Assembly: GCA_015680685.1 (NCBI GenBank)
Contig: MNCI01002331.1
Span: 407,264-471,263, forward strand
Direction of reading: 5' to 3'
Length of the DNA stretch: 64,000 nt
Source of the DNA: Gnetum montanum
Taxonomy: Eukaryota > Plantae > Gnetophyta
The notes under the pieces were generated by a model that searched no databases, was not told the origin of the DNA, and worked only from the letters and a program-made list of their open reading frames with translations. Below, piece after piece: positions 38,213 to 50,183 of the stretch; within the stretch, counting starts at the first letter, position 1, and each line of letters opens with the position of its first letter. Made by a program: the position numbers and the translations under genes.

Positions 38213-38289
38213 TTTATTGTCGTACCCAACTTGCGTTTAGGTACAAAGCTGCTCAAATAAAGATCCGTTCACTTGGGGACTCCTACTAC
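38208..38289 (-). repeat. Left piece of an Athila-family LTR split by the Tat element
   Basis: tctttatt...ggtacaaagctgctcaaataaagat...cctactac, joined to 56665 onward, aligns with the LTR at ~61860-61960. Confidence 0.65.
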
Positions 38290-40035
38290 TGAAACACCCT
38301 AAAAAACACGAGGTCATCTTGGCCTCACTAGGATCTTGTAGTCCGCACAACACGATGGTAGTTCATTGGGAGGAGAACGCTCTGAGTCCAGGTTGACCAG
38401 TTCGGCAAATTTTCTACTTTGAGCATGGAAAGGTTCTGTACCATCCTACCCGGCCACCAAAGTAGTCTAAATAGTCGACAGCCTACTTAGGAGAAGTGTG
38501 CAGAATCTGCGGTAGCATCCTAGGTGCACAAGAAATAGTTCAACAAGTTTTCTAAGTCACGAAGCCTGCTACGCTATGCTACGCTATGTAGCGTAGCAAG
38601 TTTCAGAAGACTGGCAGAACGAAGTGCCACGCTACGTGACATTACACAGTGTAGCGTGGCAATGACTTCACTACCCCACTCTCCTCTCCCAATTTTGAGT
38701 TCTGTGGTGATGTCCATTTGTTAAGAAGCGGTGGACTATGTCTGCTGCTACGCTACGCTGAGCTACATGGCACAGCAAGGCATGGCAATCCTGCAGAAGG
38801 GACAAAAGGTAGTTTGAAAGACGAAGTCGACAAAGTTCACAAAACTTGCATCGTAGGAGAGTGGTTTGTAAATCAGCAAAACTCTTGCGATTAAGGTAGT
38901 TGCTACGCTATGCTATGCTACGTAGTGTAGCACAGTGTAGCAACCATGTAAAAAATAGCAGAACACATGGAAAAGTACTGCGCTATGCCAAGCATGCTAT
39001 GTCACAAAGCACAGCAAGGCAAAGAGGTGGTTGCACGACATCAATGCACTCCACCTAATCAGACCGTTGGCACACATGTCCAGGTATTGACGGTGCAATT
39101 ACGGCAGGGTAGATCGCAGTTATTGCATGGTAGATTCGCATCACAATGGTCTTGTAGGCTGAATGGTCACAAATGACTCAAGTAGCACCAGTAAGAAAAC
39201 ATAGGCCTATGACACATAGCATTAAAAATCACTTTTTTCTTACCTTCAGCCCTATAAATATCTTGGCAAACAGCATGCAAAGATCCCCCGCTCCTAAGAG
39301 GATTTCCTTTTACAAAAAAGAAAGAAAAAGAAGAAGTTGGTAACTTTAAAAGAGTTCGCATCTTTCTGAAAGCAAGCAGCTTCCAAGTAGTGGGGACTTT
39401 GTTTTTGGAATCCTGAAACAAAAACTTCCTCTCTAGTCAGCATTGTAATAATCAAATTCTTTGCTCAAATACTAGAGACGGAGAGTCACTTCCGGCTAGA
39501 TCCCCATCTCCATTCTACCACCTTGGTAGAGCCCTGCATTGTCTGTATGTGAAGACCATGTCCGAGCGCATAGCTCTTTCCCTTCTCCAGCACACCTTAG
39601 TTGCTCTCGGGATCTCTACACCCTGTCACACTGTGCAGCCGATTGTATTCATCCTGACTGGAGGAGTTTGTAGCTTTGGATGCGGTGCATGTTTCTAACC
39701 ATATTCTACTTTAACCCCTATTTTCTGCATCGTTTCTTCACATTATTTCCTATTTTTTTCACCTTTAAGCATTATTTCATATTACTATTGCACTTTCACA
39801 GTTTTTCTCCTACTTTAATTACCCGTAAGCATTACTTTGCATTCTGCATTATTTATGTTGCAAAAGGCTATATCAATGCCAACGTAAGTCCCTGTCTGAT
39901 CGACTAGACTGTTCAGGGCACCCTGTGTTCGCACACACCCAGAACCGCCCTCCTGTAGATATGGGGTTGGAACTGTCGCATCCGCTGACCCCTCGACGCT
40001 TTTTTTTCCAGGCACCAATGTTTTTGGTCATTACA
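38290..40035 (+). repeat. 5' LTR (1746 bp)
   Basis: tgaaacaccc...ggtcattaca; TATA cctataaata near 39251; direct repeat of 54924-56659. Confidence 0.95.
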
Positions 40036-40041
40036 GTTTTC

Positions 40042-40058
40042 TAGTGCTAGAAGGAGGG
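40042..40058 (+). promoter_or_regulatory. Putative PBS
   Basis: tagtgctagaaggaggg, a transition-decayed form of the TGGCGCTAGAAGGAGG motif seen after the 5' LTR of Tat-clade elements. Confidence 0.6.
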
Positions 40059-40099
40059 CCTTCTTGGTGCCTTTTTCATGTGTCATAGTGGTTTTGTGA

Positions 40100-40850
40100 G
40101 CCTTCTACACCCTGATACACACGAGCATAAATGCAACACCCTTTTGCGGTTGTTTGCACCCTGTGCGGTGCAGATCGGTCGCCTCGACGGTCCCCCCAGG
40201 ATCCTGTAAGACATAAAGCCTGCCTGATTGCTAGCTAGCTTGCCCGACCTACTGTCATTTTGCATGCGTTCTAAACCTCGTCCTATGCAGTACAGACCGG
40301 TCACCTCGACGGTCCCTCCAGGATCCTACAAGACATAAAGCCTATCTGGTCTCTAGTTAATCTGCTCATCTTATGGTAGTCTCGTACGCCTTCCACACCC
40401 TAGCTTTCATTAGTGTAGAATTGATACCCATCTGTGGTTGTCTACGCATTGAATGGTGTAGATTGGTTGCCTCGAAGGTTCCTCTGGAACCGTATGAGAC
40501 AATAAGCCTTCCGATGGTGATTTAACTTGCCCTTCCTTTCTACAGTAGTCCTGCAAGTGTTCTACACCCTAAACAGTGCAGGTGAAAATGTGACACCCTT
40601 GGAGGTTGTTTACACCTTGTGTGATGTAGATCGGTCTCCTTGACGGTCCCTCCAGGATTTGATGGGACATAAAAGCCTTCTCAATCGTTTGTCAACTGAA
40701 CTTGCCTTGCAGTACTCTTGCACGTGCTCTATACCTCATTGCGCACAAGCATAGATGTGACACCCTCTATGGTTGTTTACGCTTTGTGTGGTACAGATCG
40801 ATTGTCACGACGATTCCCCGGGAATCCAGCAAGACATAAAGCCACCCTTT
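40100..40850 (+). repeat. Five degenerate tandem repeats in the Tat 5' UTR
   Basis: Core agatcggtcgcctcgacggtccctccaggat...gacataaagcc near 40172, 40294, 40460, 40628 and 40795. Confidence 0.85.
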
Positions 40851-40904
40851 TGTCGCTTTCTCCTTCTATTCTGTTACATTCTTTGCATAATCACTTGCTT
40901 AGCA

Positions 40905-43900
40905 ATGGCTTCTACCACCATCGCTAGGGACAGCTTCAACACAAAAGTGCCCTTCGCGGTCCAAGGCACTACTGGTGCCAAAAAATAGCTGAATCCAAAG
41001 CAGGAAGCACGCCGGTCCCTCAGAATCCAAAACTGAGGACCTGAGGGGCTGACCTAGCAACACGAGCATTATAGTTTCCTTTGTGTGCAAAATTGCAAGC
41101 TAATCTGCCCTTGGATTTACACGAACTCAAAGAAAAACATGGCTTTGAGTTCGCTTACTACAACAAGGAGGAATTCGTTCCTACCCCAGGCATCTCCTTG
41201 CCTTTAATACAGGTGTACCAAAGGCTTCTAGATCAACTAATCTAGTTGACCAGGCTTAGGGAGCAACAAGACATAGTATCCAACCAAGATGACACCTTTC
41301 AAGATGGGTAGGAGAAACTCGATTCCCAATCCGAAGAAGGAGGTTAGGTCAACCCCGTTCCTGTCCCGTCTACCCAGTCCTTCTGGGCCAACCCGTTGTC
41401 TATCACCACCCCCTTTATCGTTGCACCTATGCTTCAGCAGCCTACAATCGGAACTACAATGGGTAGCCATGCTACATTCCCAGCGCATCATCACCTCCAT
41501 TCCCTAGTTGCCCACGCAGCAATTGTACAGCCGCAAGCCATTTATCAGCACGCTCCTGCAGTGCACAACACACCTATTATGGCTACTCTACTACATGTCC
41601 ATACAGTACCTACTTCGCAACCACACATAACTCCTATGTCGATTCCTACCTACACATCAGTTCTGCCCACTGTGGCGAGCCCAGGTCCACCCACGTGGTG
41701 GACCCCGTTCGCTTCTTCGTCCATTCTACAACTGACGCAAATGTCTCACTATGTTTTCCCTCAGGCCTATCTGACCTTGCAAACAATATATCCTGGCATG
41801 GGACCATGGTCTGTCCCACCGGTAATCCAAATGGCCTATCTGGCGACCTAGCCCGCTATTACCGCTCCAACAATACCACCCACCAGATGGTGGATAATGC
41901 AAATAACACCTTTAGCAGGGGTAGTCCCAATGGCACCCTCGATGGGCCGAATAGCCACTGCCACCATACCACATGTAGGAGTCGCCTTTGCAGCCCCTCA
42001 ACTGTCTGTGACGCCATCGGGTCTAGACCAAGCATTTCAGCTCATCTAGACCCTAATTGAGGAAGTAAAATACCTCAAGGTTGTTGGGTCCGATACGATA
42101 CAAGTCATGGACTTCTATCAAGATGACCCCATCAACCTTGCAATCCCTGCTTTGATATTACCACCCAGGATGTTCCTCCTGCACTTCATGAAGTATGATG
42201 GGGAAGGGGATCCCAACACCCATCTTGTCACTTTCCGATTGGAGTCTTTGCTATTACAACAGTGGCTGCATACGATCATTTGTGTCTTTGCCATGTCCCT
42301 AGCTGGGAAAGCTCTAGATTGGTACCGCGCATTGCCACGTTCATCCATTTCGACTTTGGAAGAACTGTTGACCTAGTTTGTGACACGCTTCAAATATAAT
42401 TTGAAGCCAAAAACCACATTGGGTCAACTAATGGGCATGAAACAAGACCCGTTTGAACCAGTTGAAAAATTCATTCAATGTTGGAGCACAACACTTAACA
42501 AAATCCATGAGCCCATCGCAGAGGTTCACTTGTTAGCCATCTTTAAGGGTGCGATGAATGACTTCATCAATTCTAAACTATATTACCTCATCCCATGGTC
42601 ACTTAGCCAAGCTTTTGCTCAAAAGAAAAGCATACAAGATGTGGCTAAGGCAAGCAAATACCTGGCCTATATCACTTACAAGAATAGTTTCACAAAAAAG
42701 AACAAGGGTAAGGCCCCAACAACCATGGTGGCTGCTGTGGCAACTAAGGCCAAGCCCAAACATAGCAATAATGGAAGCAAGAATAACAAGAAACCGTTCA
42801 TGCCTGCGGCTGGTTCTGTGCCCAAACCAGGCCAAGTACCATAACCTGCCGCACCTGCACCCAAGACATCTGCATATACTAAACCCAACTTCGAGTGCAA
42901 AGATCGTTCAAAATACACTCCACTGCCTCTCAAGCCTTCAAAATTCTTGAAGCAATTGTTGGCAGCCAGGTACATTCAACACAAGCAGATGTCGGAGGAA
43001 GCAAACACGAGGCATCGACATTATTGCGAGCTCCTTAGGAATCCCTCTTTGACCCTGCCCAATGAGCCCCCGGTTCCTAGGGGTTTCAGGCTAGATAGGT
43101 TTTGTGACTACCACCAACTATGTGGTCACACCATGGATTATTGTCTGTCATTGCAGGATGACATCTAAAGATTAATTGACCTGGGAAAACTGATACTGGA
43201 TGAAAGTAACCTAGTACGTCCCGAAAATCAATCTATGTATGTCTATATAGACCCCCTCAACACCAGTAATGTCGGTTACGTAATCAACACCATAGGTATT
43301 GACAATGATCTCATGCCACCCTTCCAGCCGTTTGTGATTTGTGTGCCTCAGCGTAATGTGCCAATACCACCCATGGTTGGTCTATGTTCGCAGCTGCCCT
43401 TTATCTTGAAAGTCCCATCGCGGGCATCTACCTCTGCACTGCTTTTTGGCAAGGCGATGTGCCCTCGCCAATCGCCACCTCTATCTCGATTCATCATCAG
43501 GGGGCCAACGTCTTCAACAACCCCCACCCCGTGCAACAACATTACGCAACCTCCTCGCCCCACCAGGCGAGAAGTTTACTTGGTGGACGAGGCGTCAAAG
43601 GGGAATACCGTCAAAAGTATCTCCAAGCCTACGCCTCCACCCCTTGTGTTTGCACCTTCGTCACCAAAGATGAAGGTCGATACGACTGCACAACCTACAT
43701 CACTTGACCAACAAATATCTAAGCCTAGGTCAGAAGTTGTCTCTCCTCGAGAGATTCATCTTTTAGGACAAATCGAGGAGGAGGAAGGTGTCAAACACAC
43801 GGGCGCCCAAGACTTCTTGAACACCCTCACCCAGGTTGGGCAAGCCCTAAGGTAGACAAATGCCATGTTAAGCTTGTATGACTTGGTCATGACATCTGTA

Positions 43901-44722
43901 CCCCACCGCAAGGCTCTAGTCCACATGTTAACAGTGATTCTAGTCAACGAAAACATGCCGGCAGAAGAGAAAGCGATACACTCGATCATTCTCCCCTCTG
44001 TACCCACAGAGTCTGTAGTACCTCAATTGACTTTTAGCAGCAATGCCATTAAAGAAGATCCCGAAGGGGGACAAGTGACTATGGTGCCTCTCTTCATCAC
44101 AATTTAGGTCGGCCAACATCGGATCCGAAGGGTACACGTAGATGATGGGGCTGCCACAAATGTCATTTCCTTCCCTATCGTCGATGAGTTGGGATTGGTC
44201 GACCAGATCAAACCAACGGCAACGTCGTGTCTACGATCCTTCAACAGGGCGCGCATCCTGGTGAAGGGCACAATTCACATAATCTTCGTAGCAAGGGACC
44301 AATTCCCCACAGACGTCGTGTTCGTCGTGGTCGAAGAAATGCCCAGGTTTAACCTGATCTTGGAAAGATCATGGTTAGCACAACTTGGGGCTATCTCCTC
44401 ACCTATACACCATGAAATCCACTTACCATACGCAGGCAAGGAGGTGGTAATCCATGGCAACGAGGTAGTAACACAAGCAATTAGCAATGTAGGCATGGAA
44501 CAGGGTTCAAAAGTTATAGCCTCTGAAGATGAAGCACTTGTCCATGCATGCATTAATCATATAGCAAAGGGATTGGTCCAACGAGCTAATCATCAAATCA
44601 AAAGTGCATGGTGTGAATTGCCCTTCCAAGTGAAGGATAGTGTGATGAGCGGGGCCCAAGTGAAATGCCTCAACCCTACGTTCCGATCAACCCACGAAAG
44701 GTTAAGAGGCAGCTATGCATAG
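40905..44722 (+). pseudogene. gag: gag-protease of the Tat element, with stops and frameshifts
   Basis: Pro-rich N-terminus. Capsid KYDGEGDPNTHL...FAMSLAGKALDWY (42107-42376). Zinc knuckle FCDYHQLCGHTMDYC (~43100). Protease RVHVDDGAATNVI (~44130-44168) and FNLILERSWL. Confidence 0.9.
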
Positions 44723-45300
44723 CTTAGCAACCTTGCGACCTCTCACCTAGTTGCTATCCCTGCATATTCGTCATTTCCTTCTCTCGTCAATATGTCATCC
44801 TTTCGGCTTGCTACGCTAATAGCCGGAAATGGCCCAAAACCAGCAAAGGCTTGAAATAGCCCAAAACTAGCATACAAGAGCATGAAAACTTTACACAATG
44901 CATAAATTAATACAAAACCAGTCTCCTTGCTAAAATTTTCCATTTCATTCAAAATTTTCTCCCATTGGAAATTTTCATAAAATTTTCAAAGTCTTTAAAA
45001 AGGAAAAAGAGAGAGAGGAGTCCCATGTTGTCATGGGTTATCTCCATTCGCATTGCCTTCACTGATTGCCTCTGCTTCATCCACTTGTGTATCGCCTCCT
45101 CGTGTGTTGCCCCTCACCGACTCTTCATTTCCTCCCTCCATGGGCCTCACATCTTCATTGAGGGCATGTACCCCAAGAGTAGAGTAGTCAGCTGGGGCAA
45201 CAAATGTGGTAAACGCTAACTATAGCATGACATTAAAGTGATTAACCTGAGGAGAGCCTGCGTCAGTCTTAAGAGGTATCTGATCTAGACCGAGCCTGAG

Positions 45301-48300
45301 TCAGCGCTTAATCTCCTCTATTGAAATGTCTATCCAATGCCTGTCACTAGGCTTAGCATTCGCGGTGGCAACCTTCTCCCTTTCCAAGGTCATCCACTTT
45401 AGAGGTTCCTGGGAAAAGGATATGGTTGTAGCCTCACCTGTAGGAAGGTTCACCATCAGGTCAAGAGACTCTGTGAACTTCACCTACTCTTTAAACTTGG
45501 CATAGGCCTTAGAAGCGCCAATGGCCCTCATGAACGTTTTGTACGAGAATGCATCCACAGTAGCATCTTTATACAATCTTCGATGGGTTTCATTTTCTAG
45601 CTTGTATGTATATTTATGATCCCTCTGGGATTTCCCCCATTCGAAGATCTTAGTGTTGATGTCTTTCATATCCTGGCACTTCTGGGTTAGCAAGTCCATC
45701 TGCATATGCTGTTCAATTATTTTGCAAGTGGACTCTACATTTTGATGAACAACAATCCAAAACCTGGTGTGGTCGTCCACAGCCCTCTGCAAATCAACAG
45801 GGTCAGGGTTACGGTTTATGAGGAAATTGATCCTTGACTTGAGGTTTTCCACCTCAGTGACCAGTTCGGTCTCTCTTTGATCGCCCCTTTGAGCCCACTT
45901 CCACAGGTATTCGTTGGTGCATTTGCACTCCCACAGAGAGCACGCCGAGTGCAAGATGCATTCGTAAGCCTCGTCAAACGTACAATGAGACACCTTAGTC
46001 ACATTGCGGGAAAGTGTAGGCACCGCGTCAGCCTCCATAGGTCACGCCAGATCCCAGTTAAGCCGAGAGGCTATCCAAAGCTCATAAAGTGTAGTAAACA
46101 CGTTAGATTAACATAATCAATAAGCTTGGAAATTGCAACGTAGCAACATGAGGGCTGTTAACACTCCTACTTACCCGCACGGGGATCCACCTACTAAAGG
46201 TGTTTGATCATGTCATCAACAAGTCCCTGAACAAACACAAATTTGTCAGGGACTTCAGCCCAGGACTCTGTACGTGGTGGAGGAGGCCCCGAAGCATCAG
46301 CAGTAGCACCTATTACATGACTAAACATGTTAGCAATGGCCAAAATGAACTACAGTAAGACACACACAAAGCCTAGCTCACAAGCATCCTGCTGCGGTCT
46401 TTCTTCTAGCCGATGCAACACAATAGCGGTAGGCTCGACAAAAGGCCTAGCCAAGTCCATGAAAGTCCCTACCTCATGCGCTGGTGCCTTCCCTTTCAGG
46501 AGGGCAGTGTCTTTCTTATTTTGGGGAGGTACCTCTTCGTTAGGAAGAGGATCCCTAATGACAAGAGTCCCTGCCCTGGAGACAAGCAATCCATTATTCC
46601 TAATCAGGGCCCTTTCTTCCAAAGCTGGGGCTCCCATTTCCTTATTTGTTGCCCTCGTGCTGAGGGCCGATACTCCTTCATCACCTTCTTCTTCGTCTTC
46701 TTCTTCTTTTACCCACAAAAGGGATACATTCGTCAAATCGAAACGAGCTAACTCAAAATAGATGCTATGCTATGACACATTAACTAACGAAGCATGAAGT
46801 AAAAGGCAATAACAAAAAAAACTAAATGTTATATAGTGCTCACCAATAGGGGGTTTCGTTCACTGCAACTTGAACTGTAGTCTTTGTCCCTCCTCTTTGT
46901 GAAGGATTTCCCTGGTTGGGGGAGGTCTCTTTCTTTGCAGCCCCACAGGCACGGTCTCAGCTATAAGATGCTCACCCTGTGTCATGCTACCGATTATGGT
47001 AGGGGGGTCTCCCCTACACTGTCTTGGCTGCAAGTGCTACAAACTGCCAGACCTTTAGTCATCACAGATAATGACTCCCCCACTACTTCCAGGGGGTCTT
47101 GGGCTTGCATAGTCCGAAGGACCTACCAAATCCATGGTTTAGGAATCTGGTCACGATCTAGCTCAGTCCAGACTCCATCTTCCTAGACCACCAAGAACTC
47201 TGCGAAGTGCTTTAAGCATCCTATGTAGAAAGCATAATGTATGTTAGAGTGGGACTCCGTTGGCTCATGGAGTCCCAAAATCTCAGCCTGCAAACCATTA
47301 CATAGGAATTCGGCCTAGTTGTAATGGGCCCCTTCCTCCATGACTTTCCACATGACCTAGACTACTCAAGCCCCAGGACCTTCCCTTGGGTAAGCAATTG
47401 AGGAAATGTGCGGGCACGAAAGACCGGGTATATCTCCATAGCAGGACCTTCATTGAGTTTGTTCATAGGAAACCCCTTTTGCTCCTTGGTGAGCCACAAC
47501 CACTCCTCGATGTGCTACTTCTGAAGGGTCAACTCCTGCTTTCCTTTTGACATCACATCGGTGCCATCAATAGGAACACCAAACAAATCGGCAAACAGCT
47601 GGTCATTGATGTCAATGACCACCCGCACACCCCCGCACATACGTACGAAAATAGTTTGCCTGCCAAGAGAAGGAGTTGACCAAAGGAGCCATGAACAAAT
47701 CCATAAGCCCAGCCATTCAGATTTTCTTGAGCAAGGGGCCATGAGCCCCTCATTCTAACCAACTCTGGCTCGCCGCTACTTCACCATATTTGAAGTAAAT
47801 GTTTCCTCCTTGCCTCTTGGAAGTTACCACCATCACCTCATCAGGCTTCCTCACTCCTGCAGCAATAATCACAAAATGTGCTTAGCATAACGAACCATGA
47901 AAATTCTTGAACACGTGACACCCACCTGTTAACTCACCAGGTCTATACGGTGAAGGGAATAGCAGGAGCTCAGCTGCCAAGACCTCTTCAAGCATGACCG
48001 ACTTGAAGGGCTCTCTCCACTCCTTGTCTAGCCAACCCTTCACCCTACAATGACTGTAGAGAGAGGTGAGCATGGGTAGATAGGAACAGTAGCCCTCCTT
48101 GCAATGAGCAATCATGCTCGCCTGGAAGCTCTTGGCGGAGGCAAATTCCTGAAGGGCTAGCTACATTGCAGCCAACTCACCCAGTGGGTCATGAACCCCG
48201 TCATCATCAATATAGAACCTAGTGATAAGTGCACACTATTAGAACATAGTAAAGAATAGCCAACGTTGCACAACCAAGTGAAGTAAAAACACGAAACTCA

Positions 48301-49358
48301 CCCACCAATGCAATGGACGGTCCCTTGTGGGTTCTAAAAGTAGGCTGCCATCTGGTGCGCAAGATATAGTGTGTTGTATGGGTGATAACACTGGTATTTT
48401 GGCATATCCTAGATCCAGCCTAATGCCTCAACAATGTTGAGTGTGGATTAGATCCTCCTCCCAGCCTACCTGCAGTCGCGACGTCAGAAAGGTATCTCAG
48501 GACGCCCCAATTTGTCCCTGGCAGTATGGCCTCTATTATGCTAGATGCCTCCTCTTTATCTAAGGAGGACCAAACCATGAGACTAAAATGATTAAGAAGG
48601 AATTGCAAGAAGTCTCGCATCCCATTCCTAAATCAAATCATTTGCTCCCTCACACGTATCGAGGGAGGAGGAACATTGGCCACAAGTCTGCCCATGTAGC
48701 ATAGGAGCCCTTCCAGGTCTAAGACGATCAGCCTAGACCTTGGCCCTATCCTGCACAACGCAACCAAGGAGATATTGACATCAGATTTGAATGTAATGCA
48801 TGTGCAAAAAAGCAGCAATTAGCAGAACATGAATGTAGCATAATATAACCCTTTGCTCACTATAGCGTAGCAAAGATGGAAAGGCCTAGCGTAGCAAAAA
48901 TGCACAAGTAGCTTAGCGTAGCAGCAAAATGATCAAACATGCGTCAAACATGACCAAAACCCGTCAAAGGTCTTACGTCGCGACATGCCAAGGTCAAGCA
49001 ACTTAAAGGGCCCCAGCCTTGCAATCACGACAACCGCGACAGCGGTGACGGCCTCGCATGCAATCACAACAAGACCCTTGCATGACAGCCTAAAAAAGAA
49101 AAGGGGGGAGGGGGGGCCGTAGCAACACAAAAGCTAAAACAGCATGGTCGCAAAAAATACAAACAACAAGACAAATGAGATGCAAAACCAGAGTGGAAAG
49201 AAGCAGAAGGTGCAAGGAGAAAAGGATAGAGGAGACATAAAAACTTACTGAGTCAACGGTGTGCTCTCCCATGCCGGAATGCATGCTTGAGGCCCACGCC
49301 TCAGGGTCTTCTTTGCCTCCCTGACCTTCGTGAGCATCAACTGAGTTTTAGGAGCCAT
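45301..49358 (-). pseudogene. Antisense multi-exon accessory gene: Cys-rich exon + FCP1/NIF phosphatase-like domain + plant-mobile-domain-like segment + acidic region + coiled coil
   Basis: TATA-like cataaata near 49510-49517. GT-AG introns 49090-49248, 48751-48976, 48219-48301, 47857-47937 and 46748-46843, with probable introns 46311-46381 and ~46072-46174. Spliced reading: MQGSCCDCMRGRHRCRGCRDCK.../IGPRSRLIVLDLEGLL...FRNGMRDFLQFLLNHFSLMVWSS...YHPYNTLYL...NPQGT.../FYIDDD. It carries several stops and at least two frameshifts. Confidence 0.8.
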
Positions 49359-50183
49359 GTCTCTAATTGTAGAACTATGAATATCGCCTTAGAAATTCAC
49401 CTCACTGACCAATTAATACAATTGACCCGTGCTTCGAAATCGTTGAGTGCTCCGATGAGGATGCTGCACTTCCACGGTGAAAATGTTGAAATTACCAAGG
49501 TTCAATCCCTATTTATGGTATGCAGCATAGCATGCTCACCACGACGTCATGACACTATTAGCATTTAATATTTGGCATGCTTTAGGCCAATTACTCGCCT
49601 TCCCGAGAACTAATATAATAATGTTTGTTTTTGATTAAAAGTCCGAAAAGACCTTAAACTAACAAACCTAACATGATCACACTCCTTAGGACCCAAAAGT
49701 AGTAATCTCAACTCATAATGATCACAGTTCACAATGATGTCAAGCTAACTAAGCCCTTACATTAGCAGTTATCTCGTATCCCTCGACATAGCTCATATCA
49801 TATCTTCTAGCAATTTCATGTCTTCATCCCCGCACTGGCAGTTCGATACCCTTACTCGCAGTTCCATTCTTTTCATTATCAAGGTTTTGCATGTTGCATT
49901 TCGCTATATGGCAGTCCGAAACAACACTAAACTAACAGCTTGGCACTCACATATCAATGGTTACATCACTTTGCACTGCACATCAATGATTTACATATCT
50001 TTAATAATTCTAAAATTTTATGCCTCGACAGTCCGCCACGACCTTAAAATAGTAAACTCTCAATCTGTGCGTCACCCTACTTAGCAAGTCGCACTTTAGT
50101 GTTGCTTTACAGACTTATGTTTCACACGATCTCTGATGATCCTTACGCAGGCTTTCATCTTCTGATGGCAAGTCAAATAAGAG

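Noticed and set aside
40100-40850. Repeat-spacer-like pattern resembling a CRISPR array
   Set aside because: The units are long and degenerate, the spacers are homologous to each other, the context is a eukaryotic retrotransposon, and there are no cas genes.
41237-44553. Many overlapping ORFs in other frames and on the minus strand of Tat gag-PR
   Set aside because: Shadow ORFs of GC-richer gag sequence with no independent motifs.
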